Virus record (IMG/VR): IMGVR_UViG_3300022602_000024
Location: 290,430-354,429 of that record
Length of the DNA stretch: 64,000 nucleotides
Reading direction: 5' to 3' (one strand)
A program made the translations under genes and the position numbers. The notes under the pieces were generated by a model. That model searched no databases, was not told the DNA's origin, and saw only the letters and a list, made by a program, of their open reading frames with translations. The number at the start of each line of letters is the position of its first letter. Within the stretch, counting starts at the first letter, position 1. Positions 12,555-21,176 of the stretch are shown one piece after another.

Positions 12555-13507
12555 AAAAATACCGTTTTGAATTTATTCATAACTTGATCTGGGGCAAACT
12601 GTTCAACCCGCTTGCGCCAATCTTCTGTTGTTGCAAGATCACGTATATGTAATAATTTATCTCGAATTGTTTCCTGAGTATAAATTAGTCCCGAGTCTTT
12701 TAACATCAGTGCATGATTTTGATCGTTGCCACCAGCCCATGACAATACTGGTTTATTCATGTATAAGGATTCAGCAACTGCCAGTCCAAAACTTTCACCA
12801 TTGCTACGTGCGTGCAAGGTAGCATCACAGGTGTTAAAGAAGTTGGCTTTGCGTTGAGTATCATGAAACTCGGGAATGTATCGAATGTTGGCATGTTCGC
12901 CCCAAGGTTGTGTTCCAGCAAATACAAACACAAAATCGTCACGTTGAGTAACGATATCTGCAATGGCCTGTTTAACAAACATCAAGTCAAAGGTCAAAAA
13001 GCCACCTATGCGTCCTATTACTGTTTGACCGGGACGGATGTTGAGTTCTTCACGTAGATCACCTGTTGGCTCAGGCAGTGTAACAATGTGTGGCACATAA
13101 GGGCGGTTATCATTATACTGAGCGTTCATTGCCGACGCTAACCACTCACTGATATAAGCATATTCACGATACTCGGGCTTTACCTCATGACGTTGCCACA
13201 CTTCGTGCATAACCACCGGGCAATTGTCAGGAATGAATCTATTGCCGTTGTACAAGAGATCTACATGTTCTCTGTCGATGATGTCTTGAAGTTCTTGGAT
13301 ATCATCATAAGCAATAACTGTAAACTCCTCTTGTAAGTTAGCAAGAACTTCAGGTTCTGTACCTACATCAAGAGTCCAAGGCCTAGCACCATCATAACAA
13401 ATTATGCTTTCATTGCCCAGTATCGTTTGATTGTATCGTGCATAGTCCGTGATGGCAACTGTGCTACCACGATAGTTCAATATATCAGTTTGGAATAAGA
13501 TTTTCAT
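12551..13507 (-). CDS. GT-B (GT4-like) glycosyltransferase
   Basis: GESFGLAVAE nucleotide-sugar binding motif. Confidence 0.8.
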   Translation of the reverse strand: MKILFQTDILNYRGSTVAITDYARYNQTILGNESIICYDGARPWTLDVGTEPEVLANLQEEFTVIAYDDIQELQDIIDREHVDLLYNGNRFIPDNCPVVMHEVWQRHEVKPEYREYAYISEWLASAMNAQYNDNRPYVPHIVTLPEPTGDLREELNIRPGQTVIGRIGGFLTFDLMFVKQAIADIVTQRDDFVFVFAGTQPWGEHANIRYIPEFHDTQRKANFFNTCDATLHARSNGESFGLAVAESLYMNKPVLSWAGGNDQNHALMLKDSGLIYTQETIRDKLLHIRDLATTEDWRKRVEQFAPDQVMNKFKTVFL

Positions 13508-13665
13508 TCGACATCGTCAGCAGTGATCTTTTGCCCAAGGTATTGTTTAACTACACGAATCAATTTGCGTTCTGTGTCATAAACAAACTCTTTGGTGTCG
13601 TCTTCGGTATTGATAACCAAAATAAAACCATTTGCGGCACGACGAATTTCTAAAGTTTCAAACAT
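13504..13665 (-). CDS. small hypothetical protein (53 aa, MFETLEIRRAANGFILV...), not in ORF track
   Basis: Manual translation; AGGA RBS, upstream TTGACA/TATAAT-like promoter, ATGA overlap with the next gene. Confidence 0.7.
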   Translation of the reverse strand: MFETLEIRRAANGFILVINTEDDTKEFVYDTERKLIRVVKQYLGQKITADDVE

Positions 13666-13719
13666 AATTGTTCCTAAAAAGAGTTGATAGCATTATAATA
13701 GCATATATTGATTTGTGTG

Positions 13720-14466
13720 TCAAACGTTTGTGATACCAAAACGCCCATAATCAAAAGGCACAATTTGGTTTTCGTACTGATTGTAGTTTAACATAAGGTC
13801 TTTGGCAATATCTTTGAACATGGTGTGATACTCATCACTCATATGGCCAACACGATCCATTTGATATGGCGTTACACCAATCAAATCACCTTCGTGTGCG
13901 CTAATAGTTTCAAATGCAAAGTCTAACAATACACCTCTAGCGAAATGTCTCTTGGCCATTTCTCGTGATAGCTCTGTATTAGGTAAAAATATAAATCGAG
14001 TTTGGGGAAATTGGGCAGGCAAATCTAAACACCATTTGACCATTTGTTCGTAGTTGAACTGGGCCTGTGCTTGATTGTGCAGGACTTCGTAGTAAAGTCC
14101 CAGTGCTTGTATGCACTTTTCTGCTTCGCCGGGCTGAAATAAATGCCGGTCTTCTTCGTAGATAGCTCTGTTTTCGGCGTGTGCTGATAAGATCTTTTGC
14201 CATTTGGGATCATCTATGTACAAACGATTGTCCCAGGTAAAAGTAAAGAAAGCATAATCAAACTCCACGCCGCGAGCCTGTGCTTCTTTCCATTGTGTGA
14301 TAGCGTAGTATTGATTGCTACCACCCAACCCTGATGTGATTACAGGAGCATCGAGTTCTTCTAATAGGCGTTGTGCCCAGATTTTCTTTTCTGGGGGCAC
14401 TCGATACGTTGGCCAACGATGCCAAACTATGTCAATATAACTGTCACCAAATAGTCCAATTTTCAT
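13720..14466 (-). CDS. hypothetical protein, SGNH-hydrolase-like
   Basis: N-terminal FGDSY, GLGGSN and a late GH motif. Confidence 0.5.
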   Translation of the reverse strand: MKIGLFGDSYIDIVWHRWPTYRVPPEKKIWAQRLLEELDAPVITSGLGGSNQYYAITQWKEAQARGVEFDYAFFTFTWDNRLYIDDPKWQKILSAHAENRAIYEEDRHLFQPGEAEKCIQALGLYYEVLHNQAQAQFNYEQMVKWCLDLPAQFPQTRFIFLPNTELSREMAKRHFARGVLLDFAFETISAHEGDLIGVTPYQMDRVGHMSDEYHTMFKDIAKDLMLNYNQYENQIVPFDYGRFGITNV

Positions 14467-14477
14467 TCTTGTCCTTG

Positions 14478-14750
14478 TGTACTAATAAGTTTGAGCACAA
14501 TACATCTGCTTTTCGACTGTGGACCACAATGTGTGTTGGAGCGACCAACAACCACTAACTGAGCAAGCTCAGTATTGTTCATGGAATCTTAAACGTTTTC
14601 GCAGTTTTAAAATCTAATATACCCTCGGGAGTACCCGAATCCGCCTATCCAGCGCACGAGGTATGGGTTGTGAATTGCTTCACTACTGCTACTAAGCCTA
14701 CCACACGTATCAGATAGTCGCCACACTTTGTGCTCAAACTTATTAATACA
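14478..14750 (-). ncRNA. unassigned ~270-nt structured ncRNA
   Basis: 23-bp closing stem (14478-14500/14728-14750), internal hairpins, own sigma70 promoter just upstream. Confidence 0.7.
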
Positions 14751-14755
14751 AGCTG

Positions 14756-14784
14756 ATTATAAGTTATTTACACACAAAAGTCAA
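14756..14784 (-). promoter_or_regulatory. sigma70-type promoter for the ncRNA
   Basis: TTGACT-17nt-TATAAT, with a TAAATA in the spacer. Confidence 0.75.
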
Positions 14785-14801
14785 GGATTTTTTAAAATAA
14801 T

Positions 14802-14889
14802 TGGCGGAAACGGTGAGATTTGAACTCACGGAACTTTTCAAGTCGCTGGTTTTCAAAACCAGAGCCATAGACCACTCGACTACGTTTCC
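14802..14889 (-). tRNA. tRNA-Ser(UGA)
   Basis: Cloverleaf, long variable arm, TGA anticodon, encoded CCA. Confidence 0.95.
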
Positions 14890-14901
14890 AATAAATACTG
14901 C

Positions 14902-15138
14902 ATGATATCCGAAGATTTAGAGTTTGCTTATAGACTTTTGTACACACAGTTGGCCAACAAACCGTATGCGCCTGCGGCATATCATACTAATTCCAGGGAT
15001 TTTGTGCCGGACCCTATACTAACGGATCCAAAGTTCATGCTAGATGAAGATTTGGTGCAACCTCCAGGAATCGAACCTGGTTCAACGGCTCTTCAGACCG
15101 CCGCTATGACCACATCAGCTAAAGTTGCAGATAAATAA
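14902..15138 (+). CDS. possible small late gene overlapping tRNA-Phe on the antisense strand
   Basis: Preceded by TAAATA-4nt-ATG like other late genes; no recognisable homology. Confidence 0.3.
   Translation: MISEDLEFAYRLLYTQLANKPYAPAAYHTNSRDFVPDPILTDPKFMLDEDLVQPPGIEPGSTALQTAAMTTSAKVADK
15053..15128 (-). tRNA. tRNA-Phe(GAA)
   Basis: Cloverleaf, GAA anticodon, CCA. Confidence 0.95.
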
Positions 15139-15159
15139 GTTTAACTTCAAAGGATTAAT

Positions 15160-15906
15160 ATGTCTTCACCAGGAATTACAATCGGACCAGGTATTACAAT
15201 CGGCGGCGGAATAGACATCGGCGGCGGATATAACTCTTACAGCAGTGGCAACGGCAGTTTGCAGTTTTCGAATACCGGAGATGTAAAAATTACCGACAGT
15301 AATAGATTGAGTTTAAGCACAGGAAACAACTGGACCATTGAAGGTTGGTTTTATTTTAATTCTTATTCGAATCAAGACCGCTATTTTGACAAATATAACA
15401 ACAGCAACAACGAATACATATTCTGGGCCGAAACTGCTGGAACACGTTCGTTTGTTACTTATTCAGCGGGTGGCGGAACTCAAAACATGGACTGTGCATT
15501 TAACAATCCTCCACTGAACACTTGGGTTCATTTGGCCTTTGTAAGATCTGGCAGCACATTCAATGTTTATCAAAACGGCACAGTGGTTGGAACTTCTACT
15601 GGAATAGTTGGTTCTGTTAATGTCAATTCTGGATCCGCATTTGAACTGGGATATAGCGGAAGCTATAATGTCAGCAACTTTAGGATAGTGCCCGGGGTCG
15701 CAGTATATACTGGTGCATTTACGCCACCTGCTGCACCTTTAGGTGTCACTCAATCTAGTGGTACTAATATCAGTGCAATCACTTCAGGTCAAACTGCACT
15801 ATTATTGAATACTTATACTGCAACGCCTTTGTTGGATGCATCAGGTTATTATGGTAATGTACCAGTTAATGGCACAATTACCTACTCATCTGCAGCTCCA
15901 TTCTAA
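15160..15906 (+). CDS. LamG/concanavalin A-like domain protein (likely virion-associated)
   Basis: WTIEGWFY, WVHLAFVR, VYQNG, SNFRI. Confidence 0.8.
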   Translation: MSSPGITIGPGITIGGGIDIGGGYNSYSSGNGSLQFSNTGDVKITDSNRLSLSTGNNWTIEGWFYFNSYSNQDRYFDKYNNSNNEYIFWAETAGTRSFVTYSAGGGTQNMDCAFNNPPLNTWVHLAFVRSGSTFNVYQNGTVVGTSTGIVGSVNVNSGSAFELGYSGSYNVSNFRIVPGVAVYTGAFTPPAAPLGVTQSSGTNISAITSGQTALLLNTYTATPLLDASGYYGNVPVNGTITYSSAAPF

Positions 15907-15910
15907 TATT

Positions 15911-15985
15911 TGGTCTGGCCTGCAGGAATCGAACCTACATTCGTAAGGTAGAAGCCTACTGTACTATCCATTGTACTAAAGACAG
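15911..15985 (-). tRNA. tRNA-Arg(UCU)
   Basis: Cloverleaf, TCT anticodon, CCA. Confidence 0.9.
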
Positions 15986-15991
15986 AATGCG

Positions 15992-16078
15992 TGGTGCGGG
16001 ATACCAGATTTGAACTGGTACGCTTTATTAAGCGGCGGGTTTTAAGCCCGCTGGGTCTGCCGATTCCCCCAATCCCGC
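15992..16078 (-). tRNA. tRNA-Leu(UAA)
   Basis: Cloverleaf, long variable arm, TAA anticodon, CCA. Confidence 0.95.
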
Positions 16079-16098
16079 AAAAAATACTTAATTAAAAG

Positions 16099-16172
16099 TG
16101 GTGCCCCACGACAGAATCGAACTGCCATCACAGGATTACAAAACCAGTGTACTACCATTGTACTAGTAGGGC
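16099..16172 (-). tRNA. tRNA-Thr(UGU)
   Basis: Cloverleaf, TGT anticodon, two U-U pairs in the anticodon stem, CCA. Confidence 0.9.
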
Positions 16173-16173
16173 T

Positions 16174-16247
16174 TGGCAGGGGAACTAGGGATCGAACCTA
16201 GAATAGCAGAATCAAAATCTGTTGTGATACCATTTCACTATTCCCCA
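16174..16247 (-). tRNA. tRNA-Gln(UUG)
   Basis: Cloverleaf, TTG anticodon, CCA. Confidence 0.93.
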
Positions 16248-16254
16248 ACTAACC

Positions 16255-16330
16255 TGGTGGTAATAAGTAGAATCGAACTACTGACAGGCGGCGTATGAAG
16301 CCACTGCTCTACCAACTGAGTTAACGATCC
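16255..16330 (-). pseudogene. chimeric/defective tRNA with CAU anticodon
   Basis: D, anticodon and T arms pair; the acceptor stem GGATCGT/TATTACC pairs at only 2 of 7 positions. Confidence 0.75.
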
Positions 16331-16337
16331 AAATGTG

Positions 16338-16562
16338 TTAGCGAACCTTACGAATTCCTTCAAGTCCCAACTCACCATTCTGGATTTCTAGGAGTGCAGT
16401 GACTGGTGTATGAAGATGTTCAATACGATTGCTGTGTCTGTTGTTGGCACTGATCTCACGTGCTCGTGCCGCGGCAATGATAACCAAGTTAAATCGATTG
16501 CCACCTACGTTATCCACGCATCGGTTAGTGTCAATATATGTTCCACGACTGATATAACTCAT
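16338..16562 (-). CDS. rpoZ: RNA polymerase omega subunit homolog
   Basis: GNRFNLVIIAAARAREI and PVTALLEIQNG match the omega conserved regions (GNRFDLVLVAARRARQ, VIALREIEEG). Confidence 0.9.
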   Translation of the reverse strand: MSYISRGTYIDTNRCVDNVGGNRFNLVIIAAARAREISANNRHSNRIEHLHTPVTALLEIQNGELGLEGIRKVR

Positions 16563-16586
16563 AATTGCCTTTCTTTGTAAGTATGT

Positions 16587-16615
16587 ATTATAACATGTCT
16601 TTTGTTTGTTGTCAA
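16587..16615 (-). promoter_or_regulatory. consensus sigma70 promoter for rpoZ and the downstream tRNAs
   Basis: TTGACA-17nt-TATAAT with TG extension. Confidence 0.85.
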
Positions 16616-16618
16616 CTA

Positions 16619-17215
16619 TTACATTGCAGGTCCATTTCCATTTTTACGGAAATCAACTTCACCTCCTTGTGCTTTGATGAGTTTGATAGCATCCTCAAAC
16701 AAGATAGGTGCAAAGTCTGGCAACTGCTCTACACAGGCACACCAGTATCTTGGGTCAACTACCTTGGTGTTGCCCGCTTTCTTTGTCCATCCTGGCATCA
16801 TAACACGATTAGCGTGCAAGTGACCATGTATGTTGGTACCAAAGCGTCCCAATGACTCAGGGTGCAAAGGGATATGACTCAAGATCATGCCCGACATCAC
16901 ATGGTAAGCTCGCAACTCGCGAAAGTGCTCACGATAGTCTTCGTCTCGGAAAATGTCGTGATTGCCACGGATCAGGACTTTGTCTCCGTTTAAGCGATGC
17001 ATGATTTTCAATGCTCGGCGATTGATCACAACATCGCCCAAATGGTAAACTTTGTCTGTGGGCCGAACACGTTCGTTCCAAGCCCGAACCATGGCTTCGT
17101 CCATTTCTTCTGGATCCGTCCATGGGCGCAATTTTGTCACTCCGTCATCACGTGTGAATCTACATACTCCGGCATGACCGAAGTGCGTATCACTGACTAA
17201 AAATACACTAGGCAT
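16619..17215 (-). CDS. calcineurin-like metallophosphoesterase; start revised to MPSVFL
   Basis: SDTHFGH, HLGD, GNHD, SH.P, HGH.H. Confidence 0.9.
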   Translation of the reverse strand: MPSVFLVSDTHFGHAGVCRFTRDDGVTKLRPWTDPEEMDEAMVRAWNERVRPTDKVYHLGDVVINRRALKIMHRLNGDKVLIRGNHDIFRDEDYREHFRELRAYHVMSGMILSHIPLHPESLGRFGTNIHGHLHANRVMMPGWTKKAGNTKVVDPRYWCACVEQLPDFAPILFEDAIKLIKAQGGEVDFRKNGNGPAM

Positions 17216-17681
17216 ACCATATCTCCTTAAAGCCCTCTTCTTCAGTGGGCATTTCAAAACTTGCCAACATACCTTCCAATACTGCATCAGGAATTTCTTT
17301 ACCAGGTCGGCTATCTAGTCTACGTTTTAATTCAATCCTTGATGGAGTCCCAAATACCACTGCAATTGCATAGTAGTCCGGAAGCATATTGAACTTTCTT
17401 GTACGACTAGTAACTGTAGTTGATGTTTGATCCCAAATAATGTCCCGACCAGATTCACGTGCTGCAACAACTTCTTGTGCCATTAGTTCAACAGCAGTAG
17501 GCATATATTCATTGAATACTTCCGAATATGTTTTGCCTTGTGTAATAGCATAGGCCAGCACAAATTTGTCAGTGGATATATGCGTACAAGTATCTGCCCA
17601 GTCTTGGTTACTGACCCAGGTGCTTTTACCCGATCCAGGCACACCCACTAACACATAAAGTTTTGGTTGTTTTGTTTCCAT
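17208..17681 (-). CDS. P-loop kinase, polynucleotide-kinase-like (AAA_33)
   Basis: GVPGSGKST, ISTD, DQT, EEGF. Confidence 0.85.
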   Translation of the reverse strand: METKQPKLYVLVGVPGSGKSTWVSNQDWADTCTHISTDKFVLAYAITQGKTYSEVFNEYMPTAVELMAQEVVAARESGRDIIWDQTSTTVTSRTRKFNMLPDYYAIAVVFGTPSRIELKRRLDSRPGKEIPDAVLEGMLASFEMPTEEEGFKEIWYA

Positions 17682-17699
17682 ACTGTATTATACTATAAA

Positions 17700-19025
17700 T
17701 CACCGTATTTGCAAAATACGATTTTCTTTTTCCAGACAAACTGATCCTGAGTGTTGTTTTAATGCCACAATTAACGCATCACTGCGGCTTTTTAGCCACG
17801 ATAATCCATAACGTGCTATAGTGTGTTCCATGTTATAAGCATTACTGACCCACATATACACATTGCCTTGTAATGTGTTAACAAAAGTATCGACCTGTTC
17901 AGTATCATGTAGATCCAGCAGAGTATAGTCAATCGTTAACTGGCAATACTGTTGCCAAGCAGATTGAAAGTCTGCGGCAGTCATTCTAGCTGACGTTAAA
18001 AATGCTGACACTTCAGTGTCCCATGTATTCCAACTGCGCCAAGCATAAATTAAATCGGAATGTTGTTTTTGGTACTGATCAAAAACTTGCTGGTAATCAG
18101 CAAAGTTACCGTCCCAGTTAGCTACCAAATATCTTTGATAATCCAATGCAGGTTTGCTAATGTCAAATAGGCTAACTCTGGTATCAGCATCAAATCCTTG
18201 AGAATTTAATACTGCCACTGCTTTTAATCCGCCACATACACCTACATAGTGGTCAATCTTACGCGGTGTGGTTATCAGCACTGGTTCACTATTTAATACA
18301 TAAACTGTACGTAAGTCATCCGCAAACAAACCACGTATATGACCAGCATATTTTTGTAGCGGTATTACAGTGGGGTTGAATGTCCAGTCCTTAAACAACT
18401 GTTCAAGTTCCTTTTGATTGTCTGTAGGATACAAATAGACTTTTCTATTTCTAATGTTATTGTTTACATTAATTAATCGGTATCCATGTTCTAAAAATGT
18501 TCGTACTACATGGGTACCAAACTCAAATTCTCGGACTTGATATGTTTGTGTGCCCGTAGCGGGTCGAATCCAATAGGGAGTATATTCATCATGAAAGTTT
18601 TCTTTACTACGTTCTACGCAACAACTAGTAAAACGATATCCCCCAGGTACACCCGGGACTGCGCCGAACCGTGGCCGACCCACTGCTGTCCACGCCTGCA
18701 AGTTCAAACAAAAGAACTGCGGATCAATATTGTAATATCCTCTACGATCCAACAAGTGTCCCACTAATGGAGCGTTGTTATCGATGCTGTCTGAGATGAT
18801 TTCATCGTTAATACTGCCCAGGCGTAGATAGTTGCCCAATGCCGACACCACTACGAAATCTACTCCACGGTCTGCAAGCTCTATCAGTTTATCATCTAAG
18901 TGTGTGGTACTATCAAATCGCCAACCCGCTACAGGAAAGTGATAATATTGATTTAATTCTAATAAGCGTGTGTGTACCACTTCGCCAACATCAGTGTTGT
19001 CATAACACAAAAAAACTTTATTCAT
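17700..19025 (-). CDS. hypothetical protein
   Basis: 441-aa ORF coupled to the upstream gene. Confidence 0.75.
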   Translation of the reverse strand: MNKVFLCYDNTDVGEVVHTRLLELNQYYHFPVAGWRFDSTTHLDDKLIELADRGVDFVVVSALGNYLRLGSINDEIISDSIDNNAPLVGHLLDRRGYYNIDPQFFCLNLQAWTAVGRPRFGAVPGVPGGYRFTSCCVERSKENFHDEYTPYWIRPATGTQTYQVREFEFGTHVVRTFLEHGYRLINVNNNIRNRKVYLYPTDNQKELEQLFKDWTFNPTVIPLQKYAGHIRGLFADDLRTVYVLNSEPVLITTPRKIDHYVGVCGGLKAVAVLNSQGFDADTRVSLFDISKPALDYQRYLVANWDGNFADYQQVFDQYQKQHSDLIYAWRSWNTWDTEVSAFLTSARMTAADFQSAWQQYCQLTIDYTLLDLHDTEQVDTFVNTLQGNVYMWVSNAYNMEHTIARYGLSWLKSRSDALIVALKQHSGSVCLEKENRILQIR

Positions 19026-19968
19026 TGACAGTGACTCGTAGTTGATCTGCCGAAAAACTATTTCTACGATTTCGGAGCATGACCAAAAATTCTTTACCTG
19101 ATACTACTCGTCCAACAGGCATGCCGCAAATTGCCGGTGTGTATGTTACACCACCTTTGGCTAACCAATTTTGAAAATCTGTTGTTTTAACAATGTCTGA
19201 TCTTCTTAATGGCGAAATATCAATCGCTAGTTTTGCTGAGTACCCTAACATATGGGTTATGTCCCATGCTCCTGCATCATCATCTTCGTAATAAGCAATT
19301 ATATAATCTTTGCCTAGTATGCTGGTTCCTACCCATACATCATAATCGCCACTATCATCCCAATATGGATAATCTTCTTGCTCTATATTAAAAAAACATT
19401 CTTTAATAAGTCTGGTGCCATCGTTGATGTAGGTGTTGGCAATAATTTCAACTTGTTGAGCCAATTCTGAAATATTATTGGTTTTAAGATCTGTTTTAAC
19501 ATACAGTTCTGTTTTATGTACTATATCATTGATTTGATCTATCAGATACAAAAATCTATCCTGATCCGACTCCTTTAACTGAAATGTCAAAGGCACTCTA
19601 TCATTCCACACATACGGCGGACCATCATAATATGAACGATGTGCAGTAGTAAATGCTCGATGCAAGTCATTCAGATAATGCTGGGTTTCTTTGGTTCTTT
19701 TTTGCATCAGATCTACATCAACTTGATATAAAAAGTCGGTACCCATTGCATTTAATTCATTGATAGTATCAGTGAGACGTTGTATTTGCGTGTCGACAAA
19801 TCCCTGCGGAGGTGAAAGCATGATTCCGCCATAAGTCTTTGTGTAAAATATTGTCGGATAGTCCAAAAACATTTCTGTAATTTTCGAAATAAATTTGTCT
19901 GTAAAAGAATTTTTTACAACTTCGATTTGAGAAACACCCAATGGAGATTCTATTGTGATTGTTGACAT
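19018..19968 (-). CDS. hypothetical protein, paralog of the frameshifted gene at 36308-37121
   Basis: Shared motifs YLN.LH, N..VHK.E, LGK, WL...G, P.G.V. Confidence 0.75.
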   Translation of the reverse strand: MSTITIESPLGVSQIEVVKNSFTDKFISKITEMFLDYPTIFYTKTYGGIMLSPPQGFVDTQIQRLTDTINELNAMGTDFLYQVDVDLMQKRTKETQHYLNDLHRAFTTAHRSYYDGPPYVWNDRVPLTFQLKESDQDRFLYLIDQINDIVHKTELYVKTDLKTNNISELAQQVEIIANTYINDGTRLIKECFFNIEQEDYPYWDDSGDYDVWVGTSILGKDYIIAYYEDDDAGAWDITHMLGYSAKLAIDISPLRRSDIVKTTDFQNWLAKGGVTYTPAICGMPVGRVVSGKEFLVMLRNRRNSFSADQLRVTVNE

Positions 19969-19997
19969 GTTCGTATTTACTCCTATAAATACCCTAT

Positions 19998-21119
19998 ATG
20001 AACAATTATTGCCCTGACTTATTCAACACTATCTTTATACAAAAAGTCAATGAATCAGAGTCCGAGATTGGACATTGTTGTGTTAGCAAGTTGAGTGACC
20101 CAGTATCCACTATTGATTTTCAAAGTGATTTCTTAGCTACCAATCGACAACATTTTTTATCAACAGGCAATCTCCCGCCTGCTTGTGTTTACTGCACCAC
20201 TGCTGAATCCAAAGGGGAAATTTCAAGACGCACTAAACGGTCAAGACCTTATGTAGAAAACAATAACTATCCAACTGAAGTAGTGGTAGAACATTTAGAT
20301 TACAATTGCGACAATATATGTAATTTGAAATGTATAATGTGTAGCGGATACTACAGCAGTGCCTGGAGAGAAGATGAAGTAGCACTAGGTTTCAGAATAG
20401 ATTATCGTACTAAACCTACCAAACACAACACAATGATATACGATGCTGATGTGAGTAAACTCAAAAGCATTTATTTCAACGGAGGCGAACCCTTAATGAC
20501 TCGGGATCATATAAATGTGCTGAATCATGCGTTGTCTAATAGTCAAGAACCACAACATATTCGGATTAGCTATAGCAGCAACGGCACCTTTCCGATGACT
20601 GACGAGATGGCAGATTTGTGGAAACAGTTCGAAGCAGTTTACATCAACTTCAGCATTGACGCCACAGAAAAAGAATTTGAGTACATACGGTTTCCTGCAA
20701 TATGGGCTGACGTTGAAAAAAATATTGATACTTTCCGCTTGCCAAATTTGGTAACAAAAATTACTGCTACCGTAGGAGTACACAATATATTGTACTTTGA
20801 CAAATTGTACCATTGGGCAGCTAAACGCAACATAGAAATATATGTACAAGATACCAATGGTAGATCACAACTTGCAATACAAAACTTTCCCAGGGCTGGC
20901 AAAGATCGTTTGATTGCTTATCTTAATAAATTACCAGAGTCTGGCAGTAAACAATCGTTGTTGAATCTTGCACACAACATCAATAACGACGGGCATGCAC
21001 GATGGATCGAGTATCTTAACAAACTAGACCGTATGCGAGGCAACAACTGGAGAAATAGTCTAAGTAGACTGAATGAAATCAACAGGTCATGGATGTATGG
21101 AGTAAGGGGTGAGATTTGA
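19998..21119 (+). CDS. radical SAM protein with N-terminal twitch-like Cys cluster
   Basis: CNLKCIMC, NGGEP, YIRFP; paralog of 117-1247. Confidence 0.85.
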   Translation: MNNYCPDLFNTIFIQKVNESESEIGHCCVSKLSDPVSTIDFQSDFLATNRQHFLSTGNLPPACVYCTTAESKGEISRRTKRSRPYVENNNYPTEVVVEHLDYNCDNICNLKCIMCSGYYSSAWREDEVALGFRIDYRTKPTKHNTMIYDADVSKLKSIYFNGGEPLMTRDHINVLNHALSNSQEPQHIRISYSSNGTFPMTDEMADLWKQFEAVYINFSIDATEKEFEYIRFPAIWADVEKNIDTFRLPNLVTKITATVGVHNILYFDKLYHWAAKRNIEIYVQDTNGRSQLAIQNFPRAGKDRLIAYLNKLPESGSKQSLLNLAHNINNDGHARWIEYLNKLDRMRGNNWRNSLSRLNEINRSWMYGVRGEI

Positions 21120-21175
21120 ACTCACGGTTGTACTGGTTTGCAATCAGTTGCCTTGGACCACTCGGCCACCCTTAC
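21098..21175 (-). tRNA. tRNA-Cys(GCA)
   Basis: Cloverleaf, GCA anticodon, U73, CCA. Confidence 0.93.
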
Positions 21176-21176
21176 A

